Positions 37,494 to 48,864 of a stretch of 64,000 nucleotides of DNA are shown here, piece after piece. How positions within the stretch are numbered: position 1 is the first letter of the stretch; each line of letters begins with the position of its first letter. The notes beneath the pieces were generated by a model that had not been told where the DNA came from, did not search any database, and was given only the letters and a program-made list of their open reading frames with translations. The position numbers and the translations under genes were made by a program. Source of the stretch: Candidatus Eiseniibacteriota bacterium (GTDB lineage Bacteria; Eisenbacteria; RBG-16-71-46); assembly GCA_035712145.1 (NCBI GenBank), contig DASTBI010000158.1:74945-138944 (forward strand), read 5' to 3'.

Positions 37494-40202
37494 TCAACCG
37501 TTCTTCGCCGCGGGCTCGCGCGGCGCGCTTGGAGGCAGCTTGCGCTCCACCGAGATCACGCGATAGGTGCGATCGCCGAGCGCCACTTCCTCGCCAATGG
37601 TTTTCCCCATCAGCGCCCGGCCTACGGGGGCCTGGAACGAGACCACCTGCTCTCCGTGATGGTGCTCGTCTTCCCCGAGGATCCAGTAAGTCACCAGGTC
37701 CTGATCGCTCTCGAGGACCACCTGGGTGCCAAGGCCGGCGACGCCGTCCGTCTGCTCGGCGTCCTCGACGAAGCGGGCCGTCGCCAGCCGCTTCTGGAGC
37801 GCTTCCACCTGCTTGGTGAGATTGGCCTGCTTGAGCTTGGCGGAGTGGTACTCCGCATTCTCGCGCAGGTCTCCGAGCTCGCGCGCTCGCTGGATGGTCC
37901 GTGGAAGCTCCGTCCGCAGCTCACGTTCCATGCGCTGCACCTCGGTCTTCAGGCGTTCCCAGGTGGCGCGAGTCATCACCGGAAGATCGACGTCCGACTG
38001 CTTTCCCACCTGCTCGAAGAGCTTGCGGGAGCTTCGCTCACGCGCGGCTCGCACCGCGGCGACCGCTTCGGCGAGACCGACCCGCTGTGCCAGGTCGAGG
38101 GCCGGGAAGAGATAACGATCGCTCGAGCGCCACTGCCTCAGCAGCACGGTGAGCTTCAGGCGCTCGTGCTCGGTACAAGGCTGGCCCGCCAGCAGTCGCT
38201 CGAAGGCGCCACCCTCGCTGATCCATCCCAGGACCTTGTCGGCGAGCGAAGGCTTGGGACGCTCCTCGATCAGCGCCAGCGCCGCCCACAGGAGCCGCCA
38301 GGGCTCAGGCCCCGGAGACTGCGACTCCAGCGATTGCTCGATGAGGCGGAGCGCGGCCTGTGGATAACGCGGCGCGTGATCGATCAGCGTGCGACGCAAT
38401 GCCCCGCGGCCGGCCGGATCGAGCGCCTCGCGGCGCCGCGCCGCCAGCTCGCGCACCGAGGAGAAGCGGGAGTCGAGCCCCGACAGAATCGCATCCGCTT
38501 CGACCCCGGCGACGTGGGATGCCTCGAGCAGTGCTTTCTGCTCTTCCTCACCCGAGAGATCGGAGATCGAAAGCCCCTGATCCCACAGCGTCTTGAGCAC
38601 CGCATGCCACTCGGGGATGCGCTCGGGGTACCAGCGAGACACGTAGAGCCCCGCCCGGGCGCGATCGGCGCGATCGGCCTCCTCGTCCAGCATGGCGCGG
38701 AGGAGATAGCGGCCGAAGCGCTGGCCCAGCGCCCTCTCCGAATTTGGATGCTGGGACAGGAACTTACGCATGGTCGCGAGATTGGCCTTCACCGGCTTCC
38801 TTGGCTCGAGGGCGGGCAGCGGGACCTGCTCTTCCTCCCCCGCCGGTGTCTTGCCTTCGGGCTCGAGCCGGTAGTGCTGCTCGAATGCCCGCGCATGGTC
38901 GATGCGCGGGTCCTTCTCCGCCGCCGCCTTGAGCCGCCGGAACGTCGTGGTCCACTCGTTGGCCGGCACGAGGCCGTTCCCCACCAGGAAGAGCTTCAGC
39001 TTTTGCGCGTCCGCCTCGCCCCCCATCGCCACGAGCGCCCGCACCAGGATTTCCGCGGGCTCTTCCTTCCGCAGGCGCTCGAGATCCGCGGGCTGCGTGA
39101 AGCGGAGCAGCCGCAAGTCGTCCTCCGCGAGCGGGGTGAGGCTGCGGCGAGCGGCCGCGTAGGGCATGCGATGGCTGGGCGAGCGAGTGAAGTCGATGAT
39201 CACGTTCTCGGCGTCGTTCGCGGCGACGCGGCCGGCTCCGAACGAGCCGTGAAGCACGGCGCGGCCGGGCGGAAGGACGGCGATCGCATCGTAGCGCTCG
39301 AGCGAGGCAGTCAGAGGTTTGAGATGGTCCGAGAGCCCGCAGAGGGCGAACACCGCGGCCGCGTCCGGGAGCTTCTGTCCGGTGCCCTGGCGGATCGCAT
39401 CGACGACCGCCGCGCGAAACGACTCCGCGGCCGCTGGGCCGCCGGCCGCGAAGGCCTGGCGCACGATCTCTCGCAGCGTCCCTTCGACCTCGCCGGCCTG
39501 CGCCGCGGCCGCGAGCGGTGGGAATGCGACATCGAGCAGCGTCTTCGCTTCCTTGACCGCGCCCTTCGCCGCCACCTGCGGGATCACCTCGATCACGTGC
39601 CGCAGCGCTTCGAGGTCGAGATGCTCGACGAACTCCAGAGCCGCCTCTTCGAGACCGGCGTAGCGACCCTCGGCGGCGAAGCGCGGCGCGAGCTCGGCGA
39701 GCAGCGCGCGGCGATCGCTCGCCTGGCCTGAGTCGCCGAGCCGCACCGCCAGCAGCAATCCCAGCTCGAGATCATCGGGCAGGATCCGCCACGCGCGCCA
39801 CAGCGCGTCGACCCGCTCGGGATCCTTGCGCAGCCCTTCGTGCGCACGCACCAGCAGCCGCGCCCCGGCGGCCGTCTCGTCGAGCTCGAGCGCTCGCTCC
39901 GCCACCGCGGCCAGTGGCTCCCACTGTCTGGACTGCGAAAGCCGGTCGCCGAGAGAGAGCAGGGCCTGGAGCGCGCGCTCTCGCTCGCCGCGAAGCGCGC
40001 ATGCGGCGGCCAGCAGGTAATCCACGGCGGGGCTGGCGCCGGGCTGCTTCAGCCGCGCCGCGCATTCGTCGCGCACGAATGCGGTCTGGTCGTTGGCCGC
40101 CGCCTCGGCGGCCAGCGACTCGAGGGCCGCGCGGGATTCCGGACTGAGCTCGGCATGCTTCTCGCCGCGCAGAATTTCCGGTAGGTCTTCACGAATGGGC
40201 AT
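37494..40202 (-). CDS. 902-aa protein: complete GreA/GreB-like transcript cleavage factor (coiled-coil + FKBP-like domain) at the C-terminus, fused to a ~740-aa helical N-terminal extension
   Basis: C-terminal ~160 aa align along full-length GreA (PVMTRATWERLK...RARELGDLRENAEYHSAK...VISVERK) with the acidic tip D/E conserved. N-terminal region is Ala/Leu/Arg/Glu-rich. Confidence 0.8.
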   Translation of the reverse strand: MPIREDLPEILRGEKHAELSPESRAALESLAAEAAANDQTAFVRDECAARLKQPGASPAVDYLLAAACALRGERERALQALLSLGDRLSQSRQWEPLAAVAERALELDETAAGARLLVRAHEGLRKDPERVDALWRAWRILPDDLELGLLLAVRLGDSGQASDRRALLAELAPRFAAEGRYAGLEEAALEFVEHLDLEALRHVIEVIPQVAAKGAVKEAKTLLDVAFPPLAAAAQAGEVEGTLREIVRQAFAAGGPAAAESFRAAVVDAIRQGTGQKLPDAAAVFALCGLSDHLKPLTASLERYDAIAVLPPGRAVLHGSFGAGRVAANDAENVIIDFTRSPSHRMPYAAARRSLTPLAEDDLRLLRFTQPADLERLRKEEPAEILVRALVAMGGEADAQKLKLFLVGNGLVPANEWTTTFRRLKAAAEKDPRIDHARAFEQHYRLEPEGKTPAGEEEQVPLPALEPRKPVKANLATMRKFLSQHPNSERALGQRFGRYLLRAMLDEEADRADRARAGLYVSRWYPERIPEWHAVLKTLWDQGLSISDLSGEEEQKALLEASHVAGVEADAILSGLDSRFSSVRELAARRREALDPAGRGALRRTLIDHAPRYPQAALRLIEQSLESQSPGPEPWRLLWAALALIEERPKPSLADKVLGWISEGGAFERLLAGQPCTEHERLKLTVLLRQWRSSDRYLFPALDLAQRVGLAEAVAAVRAARERSSRKLFEQVGKQSDVDLPVMTRATWERLKTEVQRMERELRTELPRTIQRARELGDLRENAEYHSAKLKQANLTKQVEALQKRLATARFVEDAEQTDGVAGLGTQVVLESDQDLVTYWILGEDEHHHGEQVVSFQAPVGRALMGKTIGEEVALGDRTYRVISVERKLPPSAPREPAAKNG

Positions 40203-40308
40203 GGACGCTTCTGGGCTCTCCGTGGGAAGGGTCGACGATGATGCGGCAAGCGGGTGGTTGGTCGCAACCCGCGCCGGTCCGGTGCGAAGCCCGTGCTAGA
40301 CTGCCTCC

Positions 40309-40865
40309 TCGTGAAGATCTATACGCGGACCGGCGACGATGGATCGACCGGCCTGCTCGGCCCGGGACGCGTCCGCAAGTCGGCCCCGCGGGTCGAGGCC
40401 TACGGATCGGTCGACGAGCTCAACGCGAGTCTCGGCATGGCGCGCGCACTCGATCGCGAGCAATGGCTGGCCGAGTCTCTGGCGCCCGTTCAGGCCCAGC
40501 TCTTCCAGATCGGCGCCGAGCTGGCCGCCACGGCGCCGGCCATGCTGGGCCAGCTGCAGCGGCTGGATGACTCGGACGTCGCGTCTCTCGAGCAGTGGAT
40601 CGATCGCCTCGAGCGCGACCTTCAAGCACTCACGCAATTCATCCTGCCGGGCGGCGGCCTCCTCGGAGCTCAGCTCCACGAGAGTCGTGCGGTATGCCGG
40701 CGGGCCGAGCGACGCGTCGTCGCGCTCGCGGAGATCGAGCCGGTCGAGCCGCGCCTGATTCGCTACCTCAACCGTCTCGGGGACCTGTTGTTCGTGATGG
40801 CGCGCTGGTGCAACCACCGCGAGGGAATTGCCGAGACTCCGTGGCACTCCGGCCACCGCGGCTGA
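40309..40865 (+). CDS. ATP:cob(I)alamin adenosyltransferase, PduO/MMAB type
   Basis: GTG start. N-terminal KIYTRTGDDGSTGL characteristic of PduO-type adenosyltransferases. Confidence 0.8.
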
Positions 40866-41234
40866 GCGACTCTCGAGGACACGCTGGACATCGCTTCGGA
40901 TCTGTGGAGATAATGCGGCCACGCCTTCCGAGGAGACCTGGGAACGGAGAGCCGAAAGGTTCCTGTTCGACCGACGCTCCACGCCGCGGGTGGATCCCCG
41001 CGCTGACCGATTCCATCGCTCGTGAGAATCCGGGCGAAGCGGTCGCGGCTCGATGCGAGCAGGCCGATGATCGTCCACCGGGCCTTGACGATTCCGCCGT
41101 GCTTCGAAACCTGCAACCTGGTCACGGCGAATGAGCGGAAGGTGTGGATCACTGCGTCACGGCGCGCGCACGATGCGCGTCCCATGGCGTACGCATCCCC
41201 AACTACGGAGCCCGCGCCGAATCGCGGGAGTGCC

Positions 41235-42401
41235 ATGAGACCACGTCGTCGCCGTCCCCGAGGTCCTCGTCCCGTTCAAGGAGCGCCGCAAGGCTCCTCG
41301 CCCATGGCCGGCGCGCCCGCCCAGCAGGCGCCACGGCCGGGAGGCGGCCGCCGCCGCCGCCGCTCGCGGCGCAATCGGCCCAACAACAACGCTCCCGCGC
41401 CGTACGGCAGCAACAACAACAACAACGCGGGACCGGCGACGATGTCGGGCCGCCCGCCGCAGAGGCGGCGAGATCGCGGCCGGAACGGCGAGAAGCGTCG
41501 CGGGCTGGAGGTCTTGCGCGATCTGCAGCAGGCCGGTGTCGCTCTCGATCCCACCGAGCGTCTGATCCTCGAGCTGCCTCCGGGTCAGGGCTCGCCGCCC
41601 TACGGAGATCGGCTGACGGGCCGCGCCATCGATCTCATCGCCCCGATCGGACGAGGACAGCGCTGCCTGATCGTTTCGCCTCCCAAGGCCGGCAAGACCC
41701 GGATCCTGCAGGTCATCGCTTCCTCGGTCGCTTTCAATCACCCCGACGTCGGCATCTACGCGCTGCTGGTCGACGAGCGGCCCGAGGAAGTCACCGACTT
41801 CAAGCGCAACACGCCGGCCAACGTGATCGCGGCCTCGAGCGACATGAGCATCGAGGACCACATCGCGACGGCGGAGCACGCCATGGAGGTGGTGGCCACG
41901 CAGGTGCTCGAAGGCAAGGACGTGGTGCTGCTGCTGGATTCGATCACCCGTCTGGCGCGCGCCTACAACGCCGGGTCGGAGGGCAGCGGGCGGACGATGT
42001 CGGGGGGTCTCGACTCCAATGCGATGCAGGCGCCGCGGCAGATCTTCGGCGCCGCGCGCAAGATCGAGGATGGCGGCTCGCTGACCATCATCGGCACGGC
42101 GCTCGTCGACACCGGCTCGCGCATGGACCAGGTCATCTTCGAGGAGTTCAAAGGCACCGGGAACAGCGAGATCTTCCTGTCGCGCGAGCTGGCCGAGCGC
42201 CGCATCTACCCGGCCATCGACATTCCGAAGAGCGGCACGCGGAAGGAGGAAAAACTCTATCCTCCGGAGATCGTGCAGCGCATGCATCTGCTGCGCCGCG
42301 GTCTCGCCGGCATGGCGCCGATCGAGGCGATGACCAAGCTGCTCGAGCTGCTCACGCGCTGGAAGAGCAACGACGAGATCTTCTCGCTGCTGAAGGGCTG
42401 A
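41235..42401 (+). CDS. rho: Transcription termination factor Rho ATPase with Arg/Asn-rich low-complexity N-terminus; canonical cold-shock RNA-binding domain not detected
   Basis: Full Rho ATPase core (PIGRGQRCLIVSPPKAGKT, LLLDSITRLARAYN, IGTALVDTGSRMDQVIFEEFKGTGNSEI, KSGTRKEE). Preferred start ATG 41235 with GGGAG 5 nt upstream. ORF is open from 41022. Confidence 0.7.
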   Translation: MRPRRRRPRGPRPVQGAPQGSSPMAGAPAQQAPRPGGGRRRRRSRRNRPNNNAPAPYGSNNNNNAGPATMSGRPPQRRRDRGRNGEKRRGLEVLRDLQQAGVALDPTERLILELPPGQGSPPYGDRLTGRAIDLIAPIGRGQRCLIVSPPKAGKTRILQVIASSVAFNHPDVGIYALLVDERPEEVTDFKRNTPANVIAASSDMSIEDHIATAEHAMEVVATQVLEGKDVVLLLDSITRLARAYNAGSEGSGRTMSGGLDSNAMQAPRQIFGAARKIEDGGSLTIIGTALVDTGSRMDQVIFEEFKGTGNSEIFLSRELAERRIYPAIDIPKSGTRKEEKLYPPEIVQRMHLLRRGLAGMAPIEAMTKLLELLTRWKSNDEIFSLLKG

Positions 42402-42417
42402 CGACGAGGAGGGGGCG

Positions 42418-42630
42418 ATGGCCGAACGGCGTCTCTATCGATCGCGGCGCGACCGCAAGATCGCCGGAGTCTGCGGCGGCATGGCCCAGTACTGGGGAAT
42501 CGATCCCGTCATCCCGCGTCTCATCTGGGTGGCCTTCGCCCTGGCCGCCGGAGCGGGGTTCCTGGCTTACCTCATCTGCTGGCTGGTGATTCCCAACGAA
42601 CCTGCAGGACAGCCCGCGACCGGAAGCTGA
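42418..42630 (+). CDS. PspC-domain small membrane protein
   Basis: RLYRSRRDRKIAGVCGGMAQYWGIDPVIPRLIWV matches the PspC domain. One TM helix. Confidence 0.65.
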   Translation: MAERRLYRSRRDRKIAGVCGGMAQYWGIDPVIPRLIWVAFALAAGAGFLAYLICWLVIPNEPAGQPATGS

Positions 42631-42639
42631 TCGGCGGCT

Positions 42640-43197
42640 TCAGGCTCTTTCGACGAATTCGCCCGTGCGAGTGTCGATCTTCACGCGGTTGCCGATCTCG
42701 ATGTAGGGCGGCACCTTGATCTCGAATCCGGTCTCGAGGACCGCGGGCTTCGAGGTGTTCTGCACCGCGGCGCCCTTGATGTTGGGCGTGGTCTCCTTCA
42801 CGGTGAGCTCCACGAACATCGGGACCTCGACGCCCACCACTCGGCCCTCGAAGTACATCGCCGTGAGCAGCATGCCCTCGATCAGGTAGTTCACCGCGTC
42901 ACCGAGAACTTCCGCCGGCAGCGCGACCATCTCGTAGCTCTCGGTGTTCATGAAGTGGTAGTCGTCGCCCGCGCGGTAGCTGAACTGCAGGCTGTGCTCC
43001 TCCATGCGAGCGCGTTCGAGCTTGTCTTCCGACCGGAAGCGTTGCTCGGTGTTGCTGCCGGTCTCGATGTTCACGAGCCGGGTCTGCACCATGCCGCGCC
43101 AGTTGCCCGGGGTGACGTGCAGCACGTTCGTCACCCGGTGCGGCTTTCCGTTGTGCATGATGACCATGCCGACCTTGAGCTGGGTGGCGACGATCAC
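42640..43197 (-). CDS. efp: Elongation factor P
   Basis: 185 aa. KPG...VKETTPNIKGA loop region and three-domain EF-P pattern. Confidence 0.9.
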   Translation of the reverse strand: MIVATQLKVGMVIMHNGKPHRVTNVLHVTPGNWRGMVQTRLVNIETGSNTEQRFRSEDKLERARMEEHSLQFSYRAGDDYHFMNTESYEMVALPAEVLGDAVNYLIEGMLLTAMYFEGRVVGVEVPMFVELTVKETTPNIKGAAVQNTSKPAVLETGFEIKVPPYIEIGNRVKIDTRTGEFVERA

Positions 43198-43714
43198 GAG
43201 AGTCTCCCTAGGCCCTCCGAGAGGCCGGTTTCGAGGGGATGCGAGCGGGATGAACGCCGCGTGACCCGGCGGCGAAGCGGCGGAGCATTGTGCCCGACGA
43301 CCCCTTCCGCGCGCAAACCCAGCACGCTCGAGCGTTCAGGAATGCCACGCCGCGCCTGGATTTCAGGATCTCGCAAGCCCCGTAGAAGTTTGGTCAAGAC
43401 CGTCCGGCTCGGCGAATCGGCGACTGTCACCAGGCGTCGAAGGGGTCGCCGGCAGGCCACCAACCTAGCGAGCCTTTGTCCGGCATCACCCGCGGCGGGG
43501 TGCGTCTGGACCCGAGGCGTCAGACCTCGCGTCTGGTGCACCCTCACCGGGCCCGCTTAGGGCTCCGCGCCTACGGCTTGCCTACCGCCGCACGTGTCGC
43601 CAACTGCCGCGCCGGTGGTGGGGGCTCGATCGGGGCGCCCGGGGCCCGTTATTCTCTGGCCGCAATCCCGATCACGCTGCTCTCTCTCGGCTCCATTCTG
43701 GAGGTCCTTCGATC

Positions 43715-46444
43715 ATGTCGCTCCGAGACCCCCACCTGGGCGCGACCCGGCTCCTCGTCGTCGTCATGGCCCTGGTGCTGTCCCCTCTGACCGCCGTCGC
43801 GGCGCCGAAGCCCAAGAAGGGCTCATCGGATGCCGCGCCCCCCGCCGCCGACAAGCCGTACGCGGATTGGAAGAAGGTCACCAAGGACGCCGAGGTGAAA
43901 AAGGGCTTCTTCACCTTGTACCAGAAGCGCGAGAACCTCTACGCCGAGATTCGGCCCGATCAGTTCGACAAGCCGGTGCTGGGCATCTGGAGCATCGCGC
44001 GAGGCATCGGCCGCGACTTCGTGCTCGGAGGTCTCTCGATCTTCAACGACCGCTTGCTCGAGTTCCACCGTTCCGGGGATCGGGTGCTGGTCCTCGACAA
44101 GAACACCCGCTTCGTGGCGCCGAGCGGCAGCGCGATCGAGAAGGCCAAGGACCTTTCGTTCGGCAACTCGGTCATCGCCTCGCTCAAGATCGAGAGCATC
44201 CACGACGAGAGCAAGGCCGTGCTGGTGGATCTCGCGCCGTTCCTGGTGAGCGACATCGCCGACATGGCCGAGTTCATGCGCTCGGGCTTCAACAACAAGC
44301 CGGTGCGATTCGACAAGGAGCGCTCCGCGATCACCAGCGCCAAGAGCTTCCCCGAGAACGTCGAGATCGAGGCGCTGCTCACCTACTCGCCCAACGATCG
44401 CCAGAACCTGAACCTCAACACCGTTCCCGACGATCGCTACATCGGCGTCACCCTGCACTACAGCTTCTCGAAGCTGCCCGAGACTCCGATGATGCCCCGG
44501 CTCGCGGATGACCGGACCGGGTACTTCCTGCAAGCGGTGAAGGACTTCAGCCGTGACGACCAGGAGCACTTCTGGCGCCGTTACGTGACTCGCTGGCGGC
44601 TGGAGAAGAAGGACTCGGCGGCGGCGCTGTCGGAGCCGGTGAAACCGATCGTCTTCTACATCGACCGCACGGTTCCCGAGCGCTATCGGTCCGCGGTCAA
44701 GAAGGGCGTGGAGCGCTGGCAGAAGGCTTTCGAGGCCGCCGGATTCAAGAACGCGATCATTGCCAAGGATGCGCCGGACGATCCCAACTACGATCCGGCC
44801 GACGTGCGCTATAGCACGATCCGCTGGATCACCTCGTCGGAGCCGTCATTCGGAGCCATCGGGCCTTCGCGCATCGATCCGCGGACCGGAGAGATCCTCG
44901 ACGCCGACATCCTCTTCGAGGCGTCGATCGTGCAGCGGCGCTGGCGCATCTATCGCGACATGGTGGGCCCGACGGGCTCGGTCTTCGAGTCCCCCATGCT
45001 GCGGCAGGCGGAGACTCCGCTGCCGGCCGAGCTGCGCTGCGACGCGGCCGCGGGAGGCTCGGTCGGGATGACGCTCGCGCACCTGTCGGCGCAGATGGAC
45101 GGCACGGCGGCTCCCGGCAGTCCCATTCGCGACGAGTTCGTCGAGCAGATGCTGGTCCACACGGTGCTCCACGAGGTCGGCCACACGCTCGGCCTCACGC
45201 ACAACTTCCGCGCGAGCACGGCGACCCCGATGGACAAGTTGCACGACGTGTCGTGGACCCACGACAAGGGCATGATGGGCTCGGTGATGGACTACGCGAC
45301 GCCGAACATCGCGCGCGACCGGGCCCGGCAGGCCGACTACTACGGCGACACGCCGGGAACCGCGGACATCTGGATGATCCGCTACGGCTATACGCCTTCC
45401 GGCGCCAAGGACTCCGACGCCGACTACGCGGTCGTTCGCGCGATCGCCGGCGAATCGAACCGGGCGGGCCACGAGTACACGCCGGATCCCGACACCTACG
45501 GGCCCGACGCGATCGATCCGCGCTCGAACATCTGGGACCTGGGCAGCGACCCGCTCTCGTTCGCCAAGGAGCGCGCGGCCTGGGTGGCGGATCTGTGGAA
45601 GAACGACGCGCTCGAGAGCCGCATCCTCGGCGCCGAAGGCGAGTACCCGGTGTTGCGCCGCGCCATGGATGGGCTGCTCGAGCAATACGGCATCGCGCTC
45701 AACCTCGGCGTGAAGTACATCGGCGGGCAGTTCCAGTCGCGGAACCACCGAGGACAGCCGGAAGCCGGCGATCCGCTGGTGCCCGTCGCCGCGGCGAAGC
45801 AGCGCGAAGCGCTGGCCTTCATCGCCGACCGCGGCTTCGCGGCCAACGCTTTCGCGGTCTCGCCCGCGCTCCTCAACCGGCTGGCGCCCGATCGCTGGTC
45901 GCACTGGGGCGTGGCCGACAACTTCGGCGTGTGGACCGGACCGCGGCTCGACTACAACCTCAACGACAAGGCGCTGGCGATCCAGACCGGCCTCCTCAAC
46001 GCGCTGCTGTCGCCCAATCTCCTGGCGCGGCTGCGTGAAGCGGAGAACCGTTCCGCGGAGTCCTTCCGGATGAGCGACTACCTGGATCGCCTGACTCGTG
46101 CTTTGTGGGGCGAGGTCGGCGGTGGCAGCGCTGCCGGGATGAAGGCGCTCGACGGCCCGACCACCCGTCGCGAGGTGCAGCGCGCCTACGTGGACCGGCT
46201 GAGCCAGATGGTGGTGAGCCCGCCGCAAGGATTGCCGGACGACGCCCGTGCGCTGGCGCGGCTGCAGCTCACCCGGGTGGATGCCCGCGCGGCGCGGTCG
46301 CTGCAAGGCGAAGGGCCGATGGGCGATTACACACGCGCTCATCTGCTCGAGACGCGCGCGCGCATCAAGCGAGCTCTCGACGCGAGCCGTCAGGCGGACG
46401 TGACTCGCGCGGCCGGCGCGCCAGGGGGATCTGCGACGCCCTGA
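43715..46444 (+). CDS. Secreted zinc metalloprotease, DUF5117/DUF4953-like family
   Basis: Signal peptide. HEVGHTLGLTHNF zincin HExxH motif. ~900 aa architecture typical of this family. Confidence 0.8.
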   Translation: MSLRDPHLGATRLLVVVMALVLSPLTAVAAPKPKKGSSDAAPPAADKPYADWKKVTKDAEVKKGFFTLYQKRENLYAEIRPDQFDKPVLGIWSIARGIGRDFVLGGLSIFNDRLLEFHRSGDRVLVLDKNTRFVAPSGSAIEKAKDLSFGNSVIASLKIESIHDESKAVLVDLAPFLVSDIADMAEFMRSGFNNKPVRFDKERSAITSAKSFPENVEIEALLTYSPNDRQNLNLNTVPDDRYIGVTLHYSFSKLPETPMMPRLADDRTGYFLQAVKDFSRDDQEHFWRRYVTRWRLEKKDSAAALSEPVKPIVFYIDRTVPERYRSAVKKGVERWQKAFEAAGFKNAIIAKDAPDDPNYDPADVRYSTIRWITSSEPSFGAIGPSRIDPRTGEILDADILFEASIVQRRWRIYRDMVGPTGSVFESPMLRQAETPLPAELRCDAAAGGSVGMTLAHLSAQMDGTAAPGSPIRDEFVEQMLVHTVLHEVGHTLGLTHNFRASTATPMDKLHDVSWTHDKGMMGSVMDYATPNIARDRARQADYYGDTPGTADIWMIRYGYTPSGAKDSDADYAVVRAIAGESNRAGHEYTPDPDTYGPDAIDPRSNIWDLGSDPLSFAKERAAWVADLWKNDALESRILGAEGEYPVLRRAMDGLLEQYGIALNLGVKYIGGQFQSRNHRGQPEAGDPLVPVAAAKQREALAFIADRGFAANAFAVSPALLNRLAPDRWSHWGVADNFGVWTGPRLDYNLNDKALAIQTGLLNALLSPNLLARLREAENRSAESFRMSDYLDRLTRALWGEVGGGSAAGMKALDGPTTRREVQRAYVDRLSQMVVSPPQGLPDDARALARLQLTRVDARAARSLQGEGPMGDYTRAHLLETRARIKRALDASRQADVTRAAGAPGGSATP

Positions 46445-46474
46445 GCGGACGGCTCCGCAAGTGCTCAAAGCGAA

Positions 46475-46500
46475 CGGCCCCGGGAGAGATCCCGGGGCCG
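46475..46500. terminator. Bidirectional hairpin CGGCCCCGGGA-GAGA-TCCCGGGGCCG between the metalloprotease gene and groEL
   Basis: 11-bp perfect inverted repeat between convergent stops (46444 and 46523). T-containing tail on the plus side. Confidence 0.55.
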
Positions 46501-46522
46501 TGTCGTCTGTTGCGAGGCGAGT

Positions 46523-48190
<1,668 letters not shown>

Positions 48191-48235
48191 CTATCGTGAC
48201 TCCCTTCGCTCGAGGAGCGCCGGGAAAGGTCTTGC

Positions 48236-48529
48236 CTACTTCTCCGACAGGATGCCGAGGACGTCGTCCTCGCGGAGAATCGTGTACTCGGTGCCGTCGA
48301 TCTTGACGTCCGTGCCGCTGTACTTGCCGATGAGGATCCGGTCGCCCTTCTTCACGTCCATGGCGATGCGCTTCCCGTCCTCGGTCATGCGGCCAGGACC
48401 GACCGCCACGACCTCGCCCTCCTGAGGCTTCTCCTTCGCGGTGTCGGGAATGATGATCCCGCCCTTCTTCATCTCCTGCTCCTCCATGCGCCGAACCAGA
48501 ATGCGGTCGGCAAGAGGTCGAACGTTCAT
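48236..48529 (-). CDS. groS: Co-chaperonin GroES (Cpn10)
   Basis: [14 protein letters not shown]...[24 protein letters not shown]. The ORF's upstream extension is rejected. Confidence 0.9.
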   Translation of the reverse strand: MNVRPLADRILVRRMEEQEMKKGGIIIPDTAKEKPQEGEVVAVGPGRMTEDGKRIAMDVKKGDRILIGKYSGTDVKIDGTEYTILREDDVLGILSEK

Positions 48530-48864
48530 GGCTACCTCCAATGAGCCCGGGATGGGCAAGTTGGAACGAAGGACTTGTCTCCGACGACAACGTCACTGAG
48601 CCGGCCTTCCGCGACCGGCCTCGGGCGAGCCAACCTAAGGCCCGGCCGTGAATGGGTCAACGGAACACTGGCCAAGACATTGCAAACTAAACACGTTATG
48701 GATTTTGAACGCCGCGCCGGCCACCTGCGATTGTGCCGAAATGGCAGAGCTGATTTGGCGGTCGACAAAGGGCTCCGCCAATGTGTCACTACGGGGATCG
48801 ATTTGCAAGCTCGGATTGGCGGGCCCTCAAGACATCCCAGGGAGGTGGCCGATAACCAGCGAAC

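Noticed and set aside
37473-39731. 752-aa plus-strand ORF opposite the Gre-fusion gene
   Set aside because: Minus-strand product has an unambiguous full GreA domain. Plus-strand translation is Arg/Leu/Gly-rich with no motifs.
41022-41234. Upstream extension of the rho ORF (MRIRAKRSRLDASRP…)
   Set aside because: No Rho N-terminal or CSD similarity and no RBS. ATG 41235 has a GGGAG Shine-Dalgarno. The extension is kept only as an alternative start in the Rho finding.
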